Of a stretch of DNA of 64,000 nt, positions 11,635-21,935 are shown piece after piece (the stretch's first letter is position 1; each line of letters starts with the position of its first letter). The stretch comes from Alphaproteobacteria bacterium (GTDB taxonomy: Bacteria > Pseudomonadota > Alphaproteobacteria > Rs-D84 > SZUA-605). The notes under the pieces are model-generated. The model did no database searches. It saw only the letters and a program-made list of their open reading frames with translations, and was not told the DNA's origin. The stretch is from contig JAVBPW010000001.1 of NCBI GenBank assembly GCA_031549385.1, positions 64,001 through 128,000 on the forward strand. Direction: 5' to 3'. The translations under genes were made by a program, and so were the position numbers.

Positions 11635-11958
11635 TTATATATTTGTAAAATCTATATTTTGTCCATCAATCAAAGTAACATAAGCTTTTTTTGCATTGCT
11701 TCTTGCCCCTAATACTCCACGGAATTTTTTAGATTTTCCTTCAATATTTACTATATTTACTGACTTCACTTGAGTTTTATATAAAGTCTCTATTGCAGTT
11801 TTTACATCTTGTTTTGTTGCTTTTGGATCAACACAAAATACAACTTTTCCATCTTGTGCAACAAATGTAGACTTTTCTGTTATGACAGGTTTTTTAATAA
11901 TGTCATACATCCAAGCTTTTATTTCTTTTTTATCTGTATTTTTTGCAACTTTAGCCAT
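11635..11958 (-). CDS. rplW: 50S ribosomal protein L23
   Basis: PVITEKS, KKAYVTL. Confidence 0.98.
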   Translation of the reverse strand: MAKVAKNTDKKEIKAWMYDIIKKPVITEKSTFVAQDGKVVFCVDPKATKQDVKTAIETLYKTQVKSVNIVNIEGKSKKFRGVLGARSNAKKAYVTLIDGQNIDFTNI

Positions 11959-11969
11959 ATCTTAATCCT

Positions 11970-12593
11970 TTATTTCTCAAATCTTTTTTCTACAGCTTCC
12001 AACCCTTGTTTTGTTATAACAAGTGTATTGTGATTTAATATGCTATATACATTTAAACCAATAGCTGGAATTATATCCATATGTTTTACATTTGATATTG
12101 CTTTTGTGAAATTTTCATCAAAAGTATTTTCACCTACAAATAATGCTGATTTTAAATTTAATCCTTTTAGCATTTTTGATAAATCTTTTGTTTTGTCTGT
12201 TTTTAATTTTTCACTATCTAATATCACTAATTGTTTTTCAGCTTGCTTTGAAGATAAAGCCATCTTTAATCCCAATGCACGAAATTTTTTTGTTAAATTG
12301 TAACCATGATCACGAACAACTGGCCCAAATATTCTTGCACCACCACGCATTTGTGGAGAACGTAATGAACCTTGTCTTGCATTACCTGTTCCTTTTTGTG
12401 CAAATGGTTTTCTTGTTGTTCCACTTATTTCAGAAATACCTTTTGTTTTATGATTTCCTGATCTTGCTTTATCAAGTTGCCATTGTACAATACGATGTAA
12501 AATATCTTTTCTTGGATCGATTCCAAAAATTTCTTTTTTCAAATCAACTGAACCAACTACTTTATTATCAAAATTAACTATATCATGTTTCAT
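11970..12593 (-). CDS. rplD: 50S ribosomal protein L4
   Basis: QKGTGNARQGS, RGGARIFGP. Confidence 0.99.
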   Translation of the reverse strand: MKHDIVNFDNKVVGSVDLKKEIFGIDPRKDILHRIVQWQLDKARSGNHKTKGISEISGTTRKPFAQKGTGNARQGSLRSPQMRGGARIFGPVVRDHGYNLTKKFRALGLKMALSSKQAEKQLVILDSEKLKTDKTKDLSKMLKGLNLKSALFVGENTFDENFTKAISNVKHMDIIPAIGLNVYSILNHNTLVITKQGLEAVEKRFEK

Positions 12594-12595
12594 AA

Positions 12596-13327
12596 TTATT
12601 CCCCTTGATTCTCAACTTGTACTTCAGCTGGTTTTGATTTTGTTGTTTCAATTACACCTGCTGGAAAAGGCACACCTGCTGGTAATTCTTTTTTAACAGC
12701 GTCTTTGATTAATACAAATGCTCCTTTATGACCAGGAACAGCACCTTTTACAATTAATAAACCATTTTCTAAATCTGCTTCAATTACTTCTAAGTTTTGA
12801 ATAGTTACTCTTTCAACACCTAAGTGACCAGCCATTTTCTTATTTTTAAATGTCTTTCCACCACCTTGTCTTGTACCAGTTGATCCATGAGAACGATGAG
12901 CTTTTTTCACACCGTGTGATGCTTCAAGTCCTGCAAAGTTCCATCTTTTCATAGGACCTGCAAAACCTTTACCAATTGTTACACCTATTACATCTACAAA
13001 TTGTCCTTTAATAAAATGTGCCGGAGACAATTGTGTTCCGACAGCTAGCATACAATCTGGAGATACTCTGAATTCAACCACTTTTTGTGCTGGTTTTAAA
13101 TCATTCTTTTTATATAGACCTGCCTCAGGTTTATTTACTCTTGATTCTTTCTTTTCACCAAAACCTAAACATACAGCTTGATAACCATCTTTATCCATGT
13201 CTTTTACATTAACAACACGATTGCTATCAATTTGTATTACAGTAACAGGTACTTGATGGTCGGAACCTTCAAATACTCTTGTCATGCCTACTTTTTTTCC
13301 AATTAATCCTGAACGCATATTATCCAT
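12596..13327 (-). CDS. rplC: 50S ribosomal protein L3
   Basis: GKKVGMT, GKGFAG, KMAGHLG. Confidence 0.99.
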   Translation of the reverse strand: MDNMRSGLIGKKVGMTRVFEGSDHQVPVTVIQIDSNRVVNVKDMDKDGYQAVCLGFGEKKESRVNKPEAGLYKKNDLKPAQKVVEFRVSPDCMLAVGTQLSPAHFIKGQFVDVIGVTIGKGFAGPMKRWNFAGLEASHGVKKAHRSHGSTGTRQGGGKTFKNKKMAGHLGVERVTIQNLEVIEADLENGLLIVKGAVPGHKGAFVLIKDAVKKELPAGVPFPAGVIETTKSKPAEVQVENQGE

Positions 13328-13331
13328 CCCT

Positions 13332-13640
13332 TTACAATTCTATTTTTACATCCACACCTGCAGGAAGAACTATCTTCATAAGAGCGTCTACGGTTTGTGG
13401 GGTTGGTTCAACTATATCTAATAATCTTTTGTGAGTTCTTATTTCAAACTGTTCACGTGCTTTTTTATCAATATGTGGACCTCTGTTTACTGTTAATCTT
13501 TCTATCTTTGTTGGGATAGAAATTGGCCCTTGAATTTTTGCACCAGTTCTTTTTGCTGTGTTAACTATTTCAATAACTGCAGCATCCACACCTTTGTGGT
13601 CGAAAGCTTTTAAACGAATACGAATATTAGAATTTACCAT
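13332..13640 (-). CDS. rpsJ: 30S ribosomal protein S10
   Basis: [22 protein letters not shown]. Confidence 0.99.
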   Translation of the reverse strand: MVNSNIRIRLKAFDHKGVDAAVIEIVNTAKRTGAKIQGPISIPTKIERLTVNRGPHIDKKAREQFEIRTHKRLLDIVEPTPQTVDALMKIVLPAGVDVKIEL

Positions 13641-13781
13641 TTTAATTCCTATTTTATTTTTTCAAATTTTTCTTTTTTATTTTTAAATCAACAGTTTGAG
13701 AGATTTTTATTTATTTTTTAAAATATCAAACTTTTGTTGATAAGACTAGCTATACCGCTGAGTCTTGTAAAACCTGCACAA

Positions 13782-13810
13782 AGAATAAAGTATTTCTTTT
13801 TATATTGCAA
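13782..13810 (-). promoter_or_regulatory. Sigma70-type promoter of the S10 operon
   Basis: Minus strand TTGCAA-N17-TATTCT, about 140 nt upstream of rpsJ and just after the fusA terminator. Confidence 0.55.
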
Positions 13811-13845
13811 GCGAAAACTTTCGTTTTCTTTACTTTTTAAGCATA

Positions 13846-13880
13846 AAAAAACTTTTGGAATTTTTATTCCAAAAGTTTTG
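13846..13880 (-). terminator. Intrinsic terminator after fusA
   Basis: aaaacttttggaat...attccaaaagtttt inverted repeat with an A run on its left (U tract on minus). Confidence 0.7.
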
Positions 13881-13887
13881 TTATATT

Positions 13888-15966
13888 TTACGCGTTTTGT
13901 TTGTTTTTTATTTCTTCTGCAACTGACGCTGGAACTTCTGCATAATGTGCAAATTCCATAGTATAAGTTGCACGTCCTTGTGACATAGATCTTAAGTTAT
14001 TTACATAACCAAACATGTTTGCAAGTGGAACATGCGCATTAATAACATTTACATTACCTCTTGCTTCCATACCTGACACTTGTCCACGACGTGAATTTAA
14101 GTCACCAATAATATCACCCATGTATTCTTCTGGAGTCTCTACTTCTACTTTCATCATTGGTTCCAATAATTTTGGTCCACATAATGCCATACCTTCACGG
14201 AAAGCTGCACGAGCTGCAATTTCAAAACACATTACATTAGAGTCAACTTCATGATATGCCCCATCAATTAATGTTGCTTTGAAGTCTATACATTGATAAC
14301 CCCAAATAACACCATTTTGTAATGCTTGTGTTAATCCTTTTTCTACACCAGGGATATATTCTTTTGGAACTGATCCACCAACAATCTTACTTTCGAAAAC
14401 GAATCCTTCACCAGCTTTTAATGGTTCAAATACAATCTTTACACGAGCGTATTGTCCAGCACCACCTGATTGTTTTTTATGTGTGTAATCTTCTTCATAA
14501 GATTTAGAAATTGTTTCACGATACGCCACTTGAGGAGCACCAATATTTGCTTCTACTTTAAATTCTCTTTTTAAACGATCTACTAAGATATCAAGATGTA
14601 ATTCACCCATACCTTTTAAAATAGTTTGTCCTGTTTCTGCGTTTGATGAAACTCTGAATGTTGGATCTTCCATTGCAAGTCTTTGTAATGCAAGTCCCAT
14701 TTTTTCAACGTCTGCTTTTGTTTTTGGTTCAATAGCAATTTCAATAACTGGTTCTGGGAAGTCCATTGATTCTAATATAATTGGTTTTTCTGCAAGACAT
14801 AATGTATCACCTGTACCTGTATCTTTTAATCCTACCAATGCAATAATATCACCAGCATATGCTTCTTTTAGTTCTTCACGGCTGTTTGAATGCATTAATA
14901 ACATTCTGCCAATTCTTTCTTTATTATCTTTTGTTGAATTTAAAACGTATGAACCAGCTTCTAATTTACCTGAATAAATTCTTGCATATGTAATTGATCC
15001 TACAAATGGATCGTTTGCAATTTTAAATGCTAATGCTGCAAATGGTTCATCATCATTTGTTTTACGTTGTTCTTCTTTTTCTGTTTTTGGATTTATTCCT
15101 GTTGCATGATCAATATCAACTGGAGATGGCATGTAATCAACAACTGCGTCTAATAATTTTTGAACACCTTTGTTTTTAAATGCTGTTCCACATACTACTG
15201 GTACAAATTTTTGTGCTAATGTTCCAATTCTGATACATTTTTTTAATGTTTCTTCTGATGGTTCTTTTCCATTTAAATAATCTTCCATAGCTACATCATC
15301 CATTTCAACAGCCATTTCAATCATTTTTTGACGCCATTCTTCTGCTTTTGCTTTTAAATCTTCTGGAACATTTGTAACATCAAATTTAGCTCCATTATCT
15401 TCACCTGTCCAAACGTATGCTTTGTTTTCAACTAAATCTACAAGACCTTTATATGTATCTTCAGCTCCTATTGGAATTTGAATAACTAATGGGTTTGCAC
15501 CTAAACGATCGCGAATCATATCTATACAACGATAGAAGTTAGCACCAATACGATCCATTTTATTAATGAAACACATTCTTGGTACGTTATATTTGTTTGC
15601 TTGTCTCCAAACAGTTTCTGACTGAGGTTGTACACCTGATACTGATTCAAATACAGCCACAGCACCGTCAAGTACACGCAATGATCTTTCCACTTCTACT
15701 GTAAAGTCCACGTGCCCCGGAGTATCAATTAAATTAATTCTGTGACCTTTCCAATAACAAGTTGTTGCAGCTGAAGTAATTGTGATACCTCTTTCTTGTT
15801 CTTGTTCCATCCAGTCCATAGTTGCAGCACCTTCATGTACTTCACCAATCTTGTGTGATTTTCCTGTGTAGTACAAAATTCTTTCTGAAGTTGTTGTTTT
15901 ACCGGCATCAATGTGAGCCATGATTCCTATGTTTCTATATTTTTCTACTGGATGTGATCTAGGCAT
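13888..15966 (-). CDS. fusA: Elongation factor G
   Basis: [23 protein letters not shown]; 692 aa. Confidence 0.99.
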   Translation of the reverse strand: MPRSHPVEKYRNIGIMAHIDAGKTTTSERILYYTGKSHKIGEVHEGAATMDWMEQEQERGITITSAATTCYWKGHRINLIDTPGHVDFTVEVERSLRVLDGAVAVFESVSGVQPQSETVWRQANKYNVPRMCFINKMDRIGANFYRCIDMIRDRLGANPLVIQIPIGAEDTYKGLVDLVENKAYVWTGEDNGAKFDVTNVPEDLKAKAEEWRQKMIEMAVEMDDVAMEDYLNGKEPSEETLKKCIRIGTLAQKFVPVVCGTAFKNKGVQKLLDAVVDYMPSPVDIDHATGINPKTEKEEQRKTNDDEPFAALAFKIANDPFVGSITYARIYSGKLEAGSYVLNSTKDNKERIGRMLLMHSNSREELKEAYAGDIIALVGLKDTGTGDTLCLAEKPIILESMDFPEPVIEIAIEPKTKADVEKMGLALQRLAMEDPTFRVSSNAETGQTILKGMGELHLDILVDRLKREFKVEANIGAPQVAYRETISKSYEEDYTHKKQSGGAGQYARVKIVFEPLKAGEGFVFESKIVGGSVPKEYIPGVEKGLTQALQNGVIWGYQCIDFKATLIDGAYHEVDSNVMCFEIAARAAFREGMALCGPKLLEPMMKVEVETPEEYMGDIIGDLNSRRGQVSGMEARGNVNVINAHVPLANMFGYVNNLRSMSQGRATYTMEFAHYAEVPASVAEEIKNKQNA

Positions 15967-16004
15967 AATTTATTTTCCTCTTATTCCTTATATTTAATTT
16001 ACGA

Positions 16005-16475
16005 TTACCATTTGAAGTGAGCGAAAGCTTTGTTTGCTTCTGCCATCTTATGAACGTCCATTCTCTTTTTCAAAGAATTACCATTGTCATTTAAAATATC
16101 ATTCAATTCTTTATATAATTTTTCTGCAAATGTTCTTTCGTTTCTTTTTCTTGCATATTGAATTATCCAACGAATAGATAAAGCTTCTTGTCTTTGAGGT
16201 CTTACATCTGTTGGAACTTGATATGTAGCACCACCAACACGACGTGATCTTACTTCGATTGTTGGTTTTACTTTATCTACACATTCTATAAATAAATCAA
16301 TTGGATTTTTTTTGTTTTGTTGTCCTAATTTATCTAATGCTTCATAAACAATTTTTTCAAAAACTGTTTTCTTTCCGTCTTCCATTCCATAGTTGATAAA
16401 TTTTGTTAAAACAACTGATCCGAATTTTGGATCTGGTAATATTTCTCTTTTTTCAGCTTGTTTTCTTCTTGACAT
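16005..16475 (-). CDS. rpsG: 30S ribosomal protein S7
   Basis: [21 protein letters not shown]. Confidence 0.99.
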   Translation of the reverse strand: MSRRKQAEKREILPDPKFGSVVLTKFINYGMEDGKKTVFEKIVYEALDKLGQQNKKNPIDLFIECVDKVKPTIEVRSRRVGGATYQVPTDVRPQRQEALSIRWIIQYARKRNERTFAEKLYKELNDILNDNGNSLKKRMDVHKMAEANKAFAHFKW

Positions 16476-16484
16476 ATCTTATAC

Positions 16485-16856
16485 CTATTTACCTTTCTTT
16501 GCACCGTAAAGTGATCTTCTTTGTTTTCTTTCTTTTACGCCATGAGTATCAAGTACACCACGTAAGATATGATAACGAACTCCAGGTAAGTCTCGTACTT
16601 TTCCGCCTCTGATCATTACAACAGAGTGTTCTTGTAAATTATGACCTTCACCAGGAATATAACAAGTTACTTCTTCGCCGTTTGTTAAACGTACACGAGC
16701 TACTTTTCTTAACGCTGAGTTAGGTTTCTTTGGTGTTGTTGTATATACACGTGTGCAAACTCCTCTTTTTTGAGGATTGCCTTTCATAGCTGGAGCCTTA
16801 GATTTCTCCACAATCTTCTTTCTAGATTTTCTTACTAATTGGTTAATAGTTACCAT
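16485..16856 (-). CDS. rpsL: 30S ribosomal protein S12
   Basis: [29 protein letters not shown]. Confidence 0.99.
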   Translation of the reverse strand: MVTINQLVRKSRKKIVEKSKAPAMKGNPQKRGVCTRVYTTTPKKPNSALRKVARVRLTNGEEVTCYIPGEGHNLQEHSVVMIRGGKVRDLPGVRYHILRGVLDTHGVKERKQRRSLYGAKKGK

Positions 16857-16935
16857 TTCTTTCTGTTTCCTTTTTCATATTTTTTAATTTTAGCTAAAAA
16901 TTAATTGGCCAGCACGTACCAACAATAGTTGACCT

Positions 16936-16965
16936 ATAATAAACCTTCAAATCCGCTTTTGTCAA
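16936..16965 (-). promoter_or_regulatory. Sigma70-type promoter of the str operon
   Basis: Minus strand TTGACA-N18-TATTAT upstream of rpsL. Confidence 0.6.
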
Positions 16966-17034
16966 GCGAAAAAACTCGGTTTGTGTGAATTTTGATTTGA
17001 TTTTTAAACACGGTATCTTTACAATGGTTTTTAT

Positions 17035-17730
17035 ATGAAATTTGACGTAATTTTCTTTGATAAAGTTAAATCTACTCAGATAACTGCTAAAAAGCTGTCT
17101 GAAACTCGCAGATTTGTCTGTATTATAGCAGATGAACAGACCAATGGATATGGACAAAGAGGTAATAAATGGGAAGGAAATACTAAAAATTTAGCATATT
17201 CTTTAATTTTACCTATGAGTTTGTTTGAGAATCTGTATCACGTTAACATTTTAACATGTATGGCATGGCTTAAAGTTTTACGAAGATTAAAGGTTAATTT
17301 GGAATTTAAATGGAGTAACGACTTATATTTGCGAGGAAAAAAAGTAGGTGGAATGCTTAATGAAATAGAAGGTGATTCTATTATTAACGGAGTTGGAATA
17401 AATGTTTTTGTAGCTCCAGATATTGAAGGAACTTATAAAGCTATTGCTCTTAGAGATGTTAACAAAAGAATTCCTGATAAGAAAAAATTATTAGAACTTT
17501 TTTTACGAAAATTTGAAAAATTAATAGAAGAATACAAAAAAGATGGAATCGATAAACTACTTTTAAGATTTAGGGAACATTTACTTTATATTGGTGAAAA
17601 AGTTCAAATAGAATTTAATGGTAAAATATATAAAGGAAAGTTTTTAGGAGTTAATGATGACGGAAGCTGTACTTTAAGGTCTGGAATTATAAAACGTAAA
17701 TTTTTTAGCGGAACTTTGCGACCATTATAA
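17035..17730 (+). CDS. birA: Biotin-protein ligase (class I, no HTH domain)
   Basis: STQ, QTNGYGQRG..W, KWSND, KKVGGML.E, GVGIN; C-terminal SH3-like domain. Confidence 0.92.
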   Translation: MKFDVIFFDKVKSTQITAKKLSETRRFVCIIADEQTNGYGQRGNKWEGNTKNLAYSLILPMSLFENLYHVNILTCMAWLKVLRRLKVNLEFKWSNDLYLRGKKVGGMLNEIEGDSIINGVGINVFVAPDIEGTYKAIALRDVNKRIPDKKKLLELFLRKFEKLIEEYKKDGIDKLLLRFREHLLYIGEKVQIEFNGKIYKGKFLGVNDDGSCTLRSGIIKRKFFSGTLRPL

Positions 17731-17734
17731 TAAA

Positions 17735-17790
17735 ATTGTGAAAACTATGAAAAGATGACTTTTCACAGTGTTTCACAATAAATAATAATA
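17735..17790. repeat. Long AT-rich imperfect palindrome with an (ATA)n tail; divergent relative of the dispersed repeat
   Basis: attgtgaaaactatgaaaag-atga-cttttcacagtgtttcacaat followed by aaataataata. Confidence 0.55.
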
Positions 17791-17813
17791 AAAAATTATT
17801 TTTTAATTTAGGA

Positions 17814-17996
17814 TTACCTTTTACGGTGGCGCCATTTGTCTTCTTCCCAGAGAATACCCTTGTTATGAATTACTATTTCAGTTTGCTCATTAATCGGAAT
17901 TAATGTTATAAATAGTAAAGCATCGTCTAAATCTTCCCTTGTCAGACTGCATGCAAAATCTTTTGTGATTTTGGTATTTAAATACACTTCTTTCAT
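17814..17996 (-). CDS. Hypothetical 60-aa protein downstream of valS
   Basis: Starts 18 nt after the valS stop and is preceded by the same 23-nt leader as the microproteins at 27258 and 27507. Confidence 0.55.
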   Translation of the reverse strand: MKEVYLNTKITKDFACSLTREDLDDALLFITLIPINEQTEIVIHNKGILWEEDKWRHRKR

Positions 17997-18013
17997 AAAT
18001 TTAATTTTTAAGT

Positions 18014-20431
18014 TTAAACTTCTTTTGCAACGATATCTATTTTAAGATTTTGGTTTTCAACAGGTTCTGACGCAGATCCAAATATTACTTCATCTGTTCT
18101 TGCTCCTGATATTATTACACCATGTAAATCTTTATCTAAATCACCTTCAATTGTTACTGATGATAATTTTGCTGTTGCACCTAATTTTTTATCTGTTCTT
18201 AACTTTCTTACAGTTTTTAATATATCTAATGCAACTTGCATTTTTGATATATCCGTTTCTCTTTCTTGTTTGAACTCTGGGTAATTTGTTAAGTGAAGAG
18301 TTTGCTGTTTTTCCAAATCTTTATAAATCTTTGAATACAACTCTTCTGTTATAAATGGAATAAATATTGAGTATAGACCTATTATTTCACGCAACAATTC
18401 AAACAATGTTATTTGAGCTGAAAGCTTAGCATTTTCACCATATTTAGCCTCATTCCAGAATCGGTCTTTGATGTATTCCAAATATTGGTCACAGAATATA
18501 TCATAGAAGAAATGATCTATATCTTCTCTTGCATTAAATGTGTCATATTTATCCATGTTCTTACGAACTGACACAATTGTTTTATTTAATTCTGATAGAA
18601 CCCAGCGGTCTTCTAAGAATCGGTCTTTGATTTCTATATTTTTATGATTTTTTTGATCAAAATCTTCTAAATTCATAAGAACAAATTTTGATGCATTCCA
18701 AAGTTTATTTGTTAACTTTGTTCCTCTTTTTACTTCTTCTTCATTGTATCTTAAATCTGTTCCAATTGGAGCGCACGATACCCAATAACGAAGAGCATCT
18801 ACTCCAAATTTTTTTATAACATCAAGAGGATCAACACCGTTCCCTTTTGATTTAGAAAATTTTTGCCCTTTATTATCACGAACAAGCCCATGTAAATAAA
18901 GTGTTTTAAACGGAATTTCATTCATTGCATATAAAGACATCATTATCATACGAGCACCCCAAAAAAATATAATATCTGGTCCCATAGACATATAGTCAGT
19001 TGGATAGTACTTTTTTAATTCTGGTGTTTGCTCTGGCCAACCAAGAGTTGAAAAACACCACAAACCTGAAGAAAACCAGGTATCTAATGTATCATTATCC
19101 TGTACTATTTTTTTATTTTTAGCAAGCTTAGTAGCCTCTTTTTCATTTATTGCACAATATTGATTTCCATCCTCATCATACCAAACAGGAATTTGATGCC
19201 CCCACCATAATTGACGTGATATAGTCCATGGGCGAATCTCTTTCATCCACGACATATATAAATTGTAACGATGTTCAGGTATGAATTTTATTTTACCTTG
19301 TTCTACTACTTCTATTGCTTTTTTAGCTAATAATTTTGCATTAACATACCATTGGGTTGTTAAATAAGGTTCAATTACACACCCTCCTCTTTCTGAATAT
19401 GGAATTGGAATTGTTTTATCTTCTACTTTTACTAATTGACCTAATTCTTCTAAATCAATAATAACTTGTTTACGAGCATCAAACCTGTCCATACCTTGAT
19501 ATTTTTCAGGCACATTTTCATTTAATTTAGCATCTTTTGTTAAGATATTTAACAATTCTAATTTATGTTTTTTTCCAACTTCATAATCATCAAAATCATG
19601 AGCAGGAGTAATCTTTACAGCACCTGTTCCTTTTTCTGGATCAGCATGTTCGTCTGCTATGATTGGGATATAAATTTCTGTTAGCGGTATTTTTGCTGTT
19701 TTTCCAATTAAGTGTTTTAGTTTTGCATTTTCTGGATGAATAGCTATTGCTTGGTCACCAAATAATGTTTCTGGACGGGTAGTTGCCACTTCAACAAATC
19801 CACCATCTTTTATTTCATAGTTAATATAATAAAACTTACCCTTTTCTTCTTGAGTTATAACTTCAAGATCTGAAACAGCTGTTTTTTGTTTTGGACACCA
19901 ATTTACAAGACAAGTATCTTTATAAATTAAACCATCATTGTACATACGAACAAAAATTTCATTTACTGACTTTGATAACCCTTCATCCATTGTAAATCTT
20001 TCTCTAGACCAATTAGGAGTTATTCCGAAAACATGTAATTGATTTATTATCTTACCTCCATACTCTTCTTTCCATTTCCAAGCATAGTTTAATAACTCTT
20101 CTTTTGATAAGTTTGAAGGATTTATATCATTTTTAGATAAATCTTTTTCTACTAAAATCTGAGTTAATATAGCTGCATGATCAGTTCCTGGTTGCCATAA
20201 TACGTCATAATTTGACATTCGCTTATAACGAGCAACTATATCTGTTGATATATTATCAAGCGCATGTCCTAGATGTAAAATACCAGATACATTTGGAGGT
20301 GGCATCATTATTGAAAAAGAAACTTTAGATGAATTAACATCATTTTCCCAAAATTTATTACTATCCCAAAAATTTTGCCATTTTGTTTCTAATTCATGTT
20401 TTTCTATATTTTTACTAAGTTCAATTTTCAT
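18014..20431 (-). CDS. valS: Valine--tRNA ligase (short form, no C-terminal coiled-coil arm)
   Basis: PPPNVSG.LHLGH (HIGH), TTRPET, GTGAVKITPAH, ISRQLWWGH, KFSKS (KMSKS variant). Confidence 0.97.
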   Translation of the reverse strand: MKIELSKNIEKHELETKWQNFWDSNKFWENDVNSSKVSFSIMMPPPNVSGILHLGHALDNISTDIVARYKRMSNYDVLWQPGTDHAAILTQILVEKDLSKNDINPSNLSKEELLNYAWKWKEEYGGKIINQLHVFGITPNWSRERFTMDEGLSKSVNEIFVRMYNDGLIYKDTCLVNWCPKQKTAVSDLEVITQEEKGKFYYINYEIKDGGFVEVATTRPETLFGDQAIAIHPENAKLKHLIGKTAKIPLTEIYIPIIADEHADPEKGTGAVKITPAHDFDDYEVGKKHKLELLNILTKDAKLNENVPEKYQGMDRFDARKQVIIDLEELGQLVKVEDKTIPIPYSERGGCVIEPYLTTQWYVNAKLLAKKAIEVVEQGKIKFIPEHRYNLYMSWMKEIRPWTISRQLWWGHQIPVWYDEDGNQYCAINEKEATKLAKNKKIVQDNDTLDTWFSSGLWCFSTLGWPEQTPELKKYYPTDYMSMGPDIIFFWGARMIMMSLYAMNEIPFKTLYLHGLVRDNKGQKFSKSKGNGVDPLDVIKKFGVDALRYWVSCAPIGTDLRYNEEEVKRGTKLTNKLWNASKFVLMNLEDFDQKNHKNIEIKDRFLEDRWVLSELNKTIVSVRKNMDKYDTFNAREDIDHFFYDIFCDQYLEYIKDRFWNEAKYGENAKLSAQITLFELLREIIGLYSIFIPFITEELYSKIYKDLEKQQTLHLTNYPEFKQERETDISKMQVALDILKTVRKLRTDKKLGATAKLSSVTIEGDLDKDLHGVIISGARTDEVIFGSASEPVENQNLKIDIVAKEV

Positions 20432-20552
20432 TTTACTACCTTTTTGTTTAATTCTGTCATCTTAAAATCAAAACCTTAAAATTGCAAGTTTTTTATTGGA
20501 CTTTTGCCTTATTCCCCTTTATTATAGGATTTATTAAAAAGAGGATGAAAAT

Positions 20553-21935
20553 ATGGATAAACTTTTAAAATCTGTTGCATATAATGCTTTAAAGAAACAT
20601 CAAATATACTTAGAAGATGAAACCGTTGCTTCTTTGACTAAAGATAATCCTAATAGATGGCAGGACTTTAGTTTAAATAAAGATTATTTGCTTGCTGATT
20701 TTTCTCATAACGTTTTTGATGCTAAAGCAACTGACCTTATGGTTAAGCTTTTCATAGCTCAAGGAATGGATAAAAAGTTAGGTGACTATTTTGAATTAGA
20801 TAATGATTTCTCATATCACTTTATATATCGTTCTCAACGTGAAGATAAATATAAATACAATAATAAACTTGTTTATGCTGAGGTAGAAAAATTTCATCAA
20901 GCTATTTCAAAAGTAGAAGAAAAAATAGAAAACAAAGAAATTGAAGCTATATTCTTTACTGATTTTGTTATTATTGCATCTGATTATAATAAAAAGATGA
21001 TTTCTTGCGTTTGCGAATCACTTAAAAGTTACAAAAAAATTGGAAGAAATATTCATTTTGCTTCTACTGTAGCTGAACTTGAAAAAATTTTACAAAAAGT
21101 ATATGTGCAAAATACTTTCTTTGTTTTTGCTGATGTTGATTTTAAAAATATCAATTTCTTTGACATGTATGACTTGTTGAAAAAACAACAATTTCATCTT
21201 TCTAAACAATCCGCATTTGTATGCCAAAATATAAAATTTGCTCAAAACTTTGATGAAAAGAATGAAAATATTGTAAGTTACAGCTCTGCATGTAATGAAG
21301 TATTTAATTATTTTCCATTAATGATCTTACCTTTGCAGTTATATATTGGTAAGGACAATTTAAAAGATTTTTTAAATGGAATGCGAATCGCCGACAATGA
21401 TGTTAAAACAGATTATTGTAAAAGTGCTTCTGTGAATTTATCATATCTTTATATTTGGTATTTATTGTTATGCAATGCTGAACTTTTCAATATTATTTGT
21501 AACCGAAAAATTAAACTGACCAGATATATAAATACTTTGGCTAGTGAGTTATTTTATATTAAGAATAATAAAAGTTTGAACATTTTATTTAAACAATACT
21601 CTCATGAAGATAAAAGATATTTGATTAATTTGATTGGTAAATATAATCCTAATGCATCTGATTTAATTTACTTTAATGATAAAGATGATGAAAAGTTTTT
21701 ATCTGATTTGTCTTTAATAGAAGGAACTGATTGCCCTGTTAATGTTATTGCTTTTAAGAAAAATAATATAGAAAGTTTAGGAACTTTATTTGGAATTTAT
21801 GAATACCTTGTTTTAATTTTAAAGTTTCTTTTAGATGGAAATTTAAAATGTAGCGAATTTAATTTTGAAAATTCTATTAATTTGAAAAATAAAAATGTTT
21901 CTAACTTTGCGGAATTTTTAAAGGATAATAAATGA
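20553..21935 (+). CDS. Degenerate glucose-6-phosphate isomerase-like (SIS-fold) protein
   Basis: N-terminus (AYNALKKH...DNPNRWQDFSL...LLADFSHN) and C-terminus (ESLGTLFGIYEY) track PGI, but the catalytic motifs are not recognisable. Confidence 0.55.
   Translation: MDKLLKSVAYNALKKHQIYLEDETVASLTKDNPNRWQDFSLNKDYLLADFSHNVFDAKATDLMVKLFIAQGMDKKLGDYFELDNDFSYHFIYRSQREDKYKYNNKLVYAEVEKFHQAISKVEEKIENKEIEAIFFTDFVIIASDYNKKMISCVCESLKSYKKIGRNIHFASTVAELEKILQKVYVQNTFFVFADVDFKNINFFDMYDLLKKQQFHLSKQSAFVCQNIKFAQNFDEKNENIVSYSSACNEVFNYFPLMILPLQLYIGKDNLKDFLNGMRIADNDVKTDYCKSASVNLSYLYIWYLLLCNAELFNIICNRKIKLTRYINTLASELFYIKNNKSLNILFKQYSHEDKRYLINLIGKYNPNASDLIYFNDKDDEKFLSDLSLIEGTDCPVNVIAFKKNNIESLGTLFGIYEYLVLILKFLLDGNLKCSEFNFENSINLKNKNVSNFAEFLKDNK

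Noticed and set aside
16894-17157. 87-aa minus-strand ORF upstream of rpsL
   Set aside because: Overlaps the birA start and the rpsL promoter; no protein-like features.
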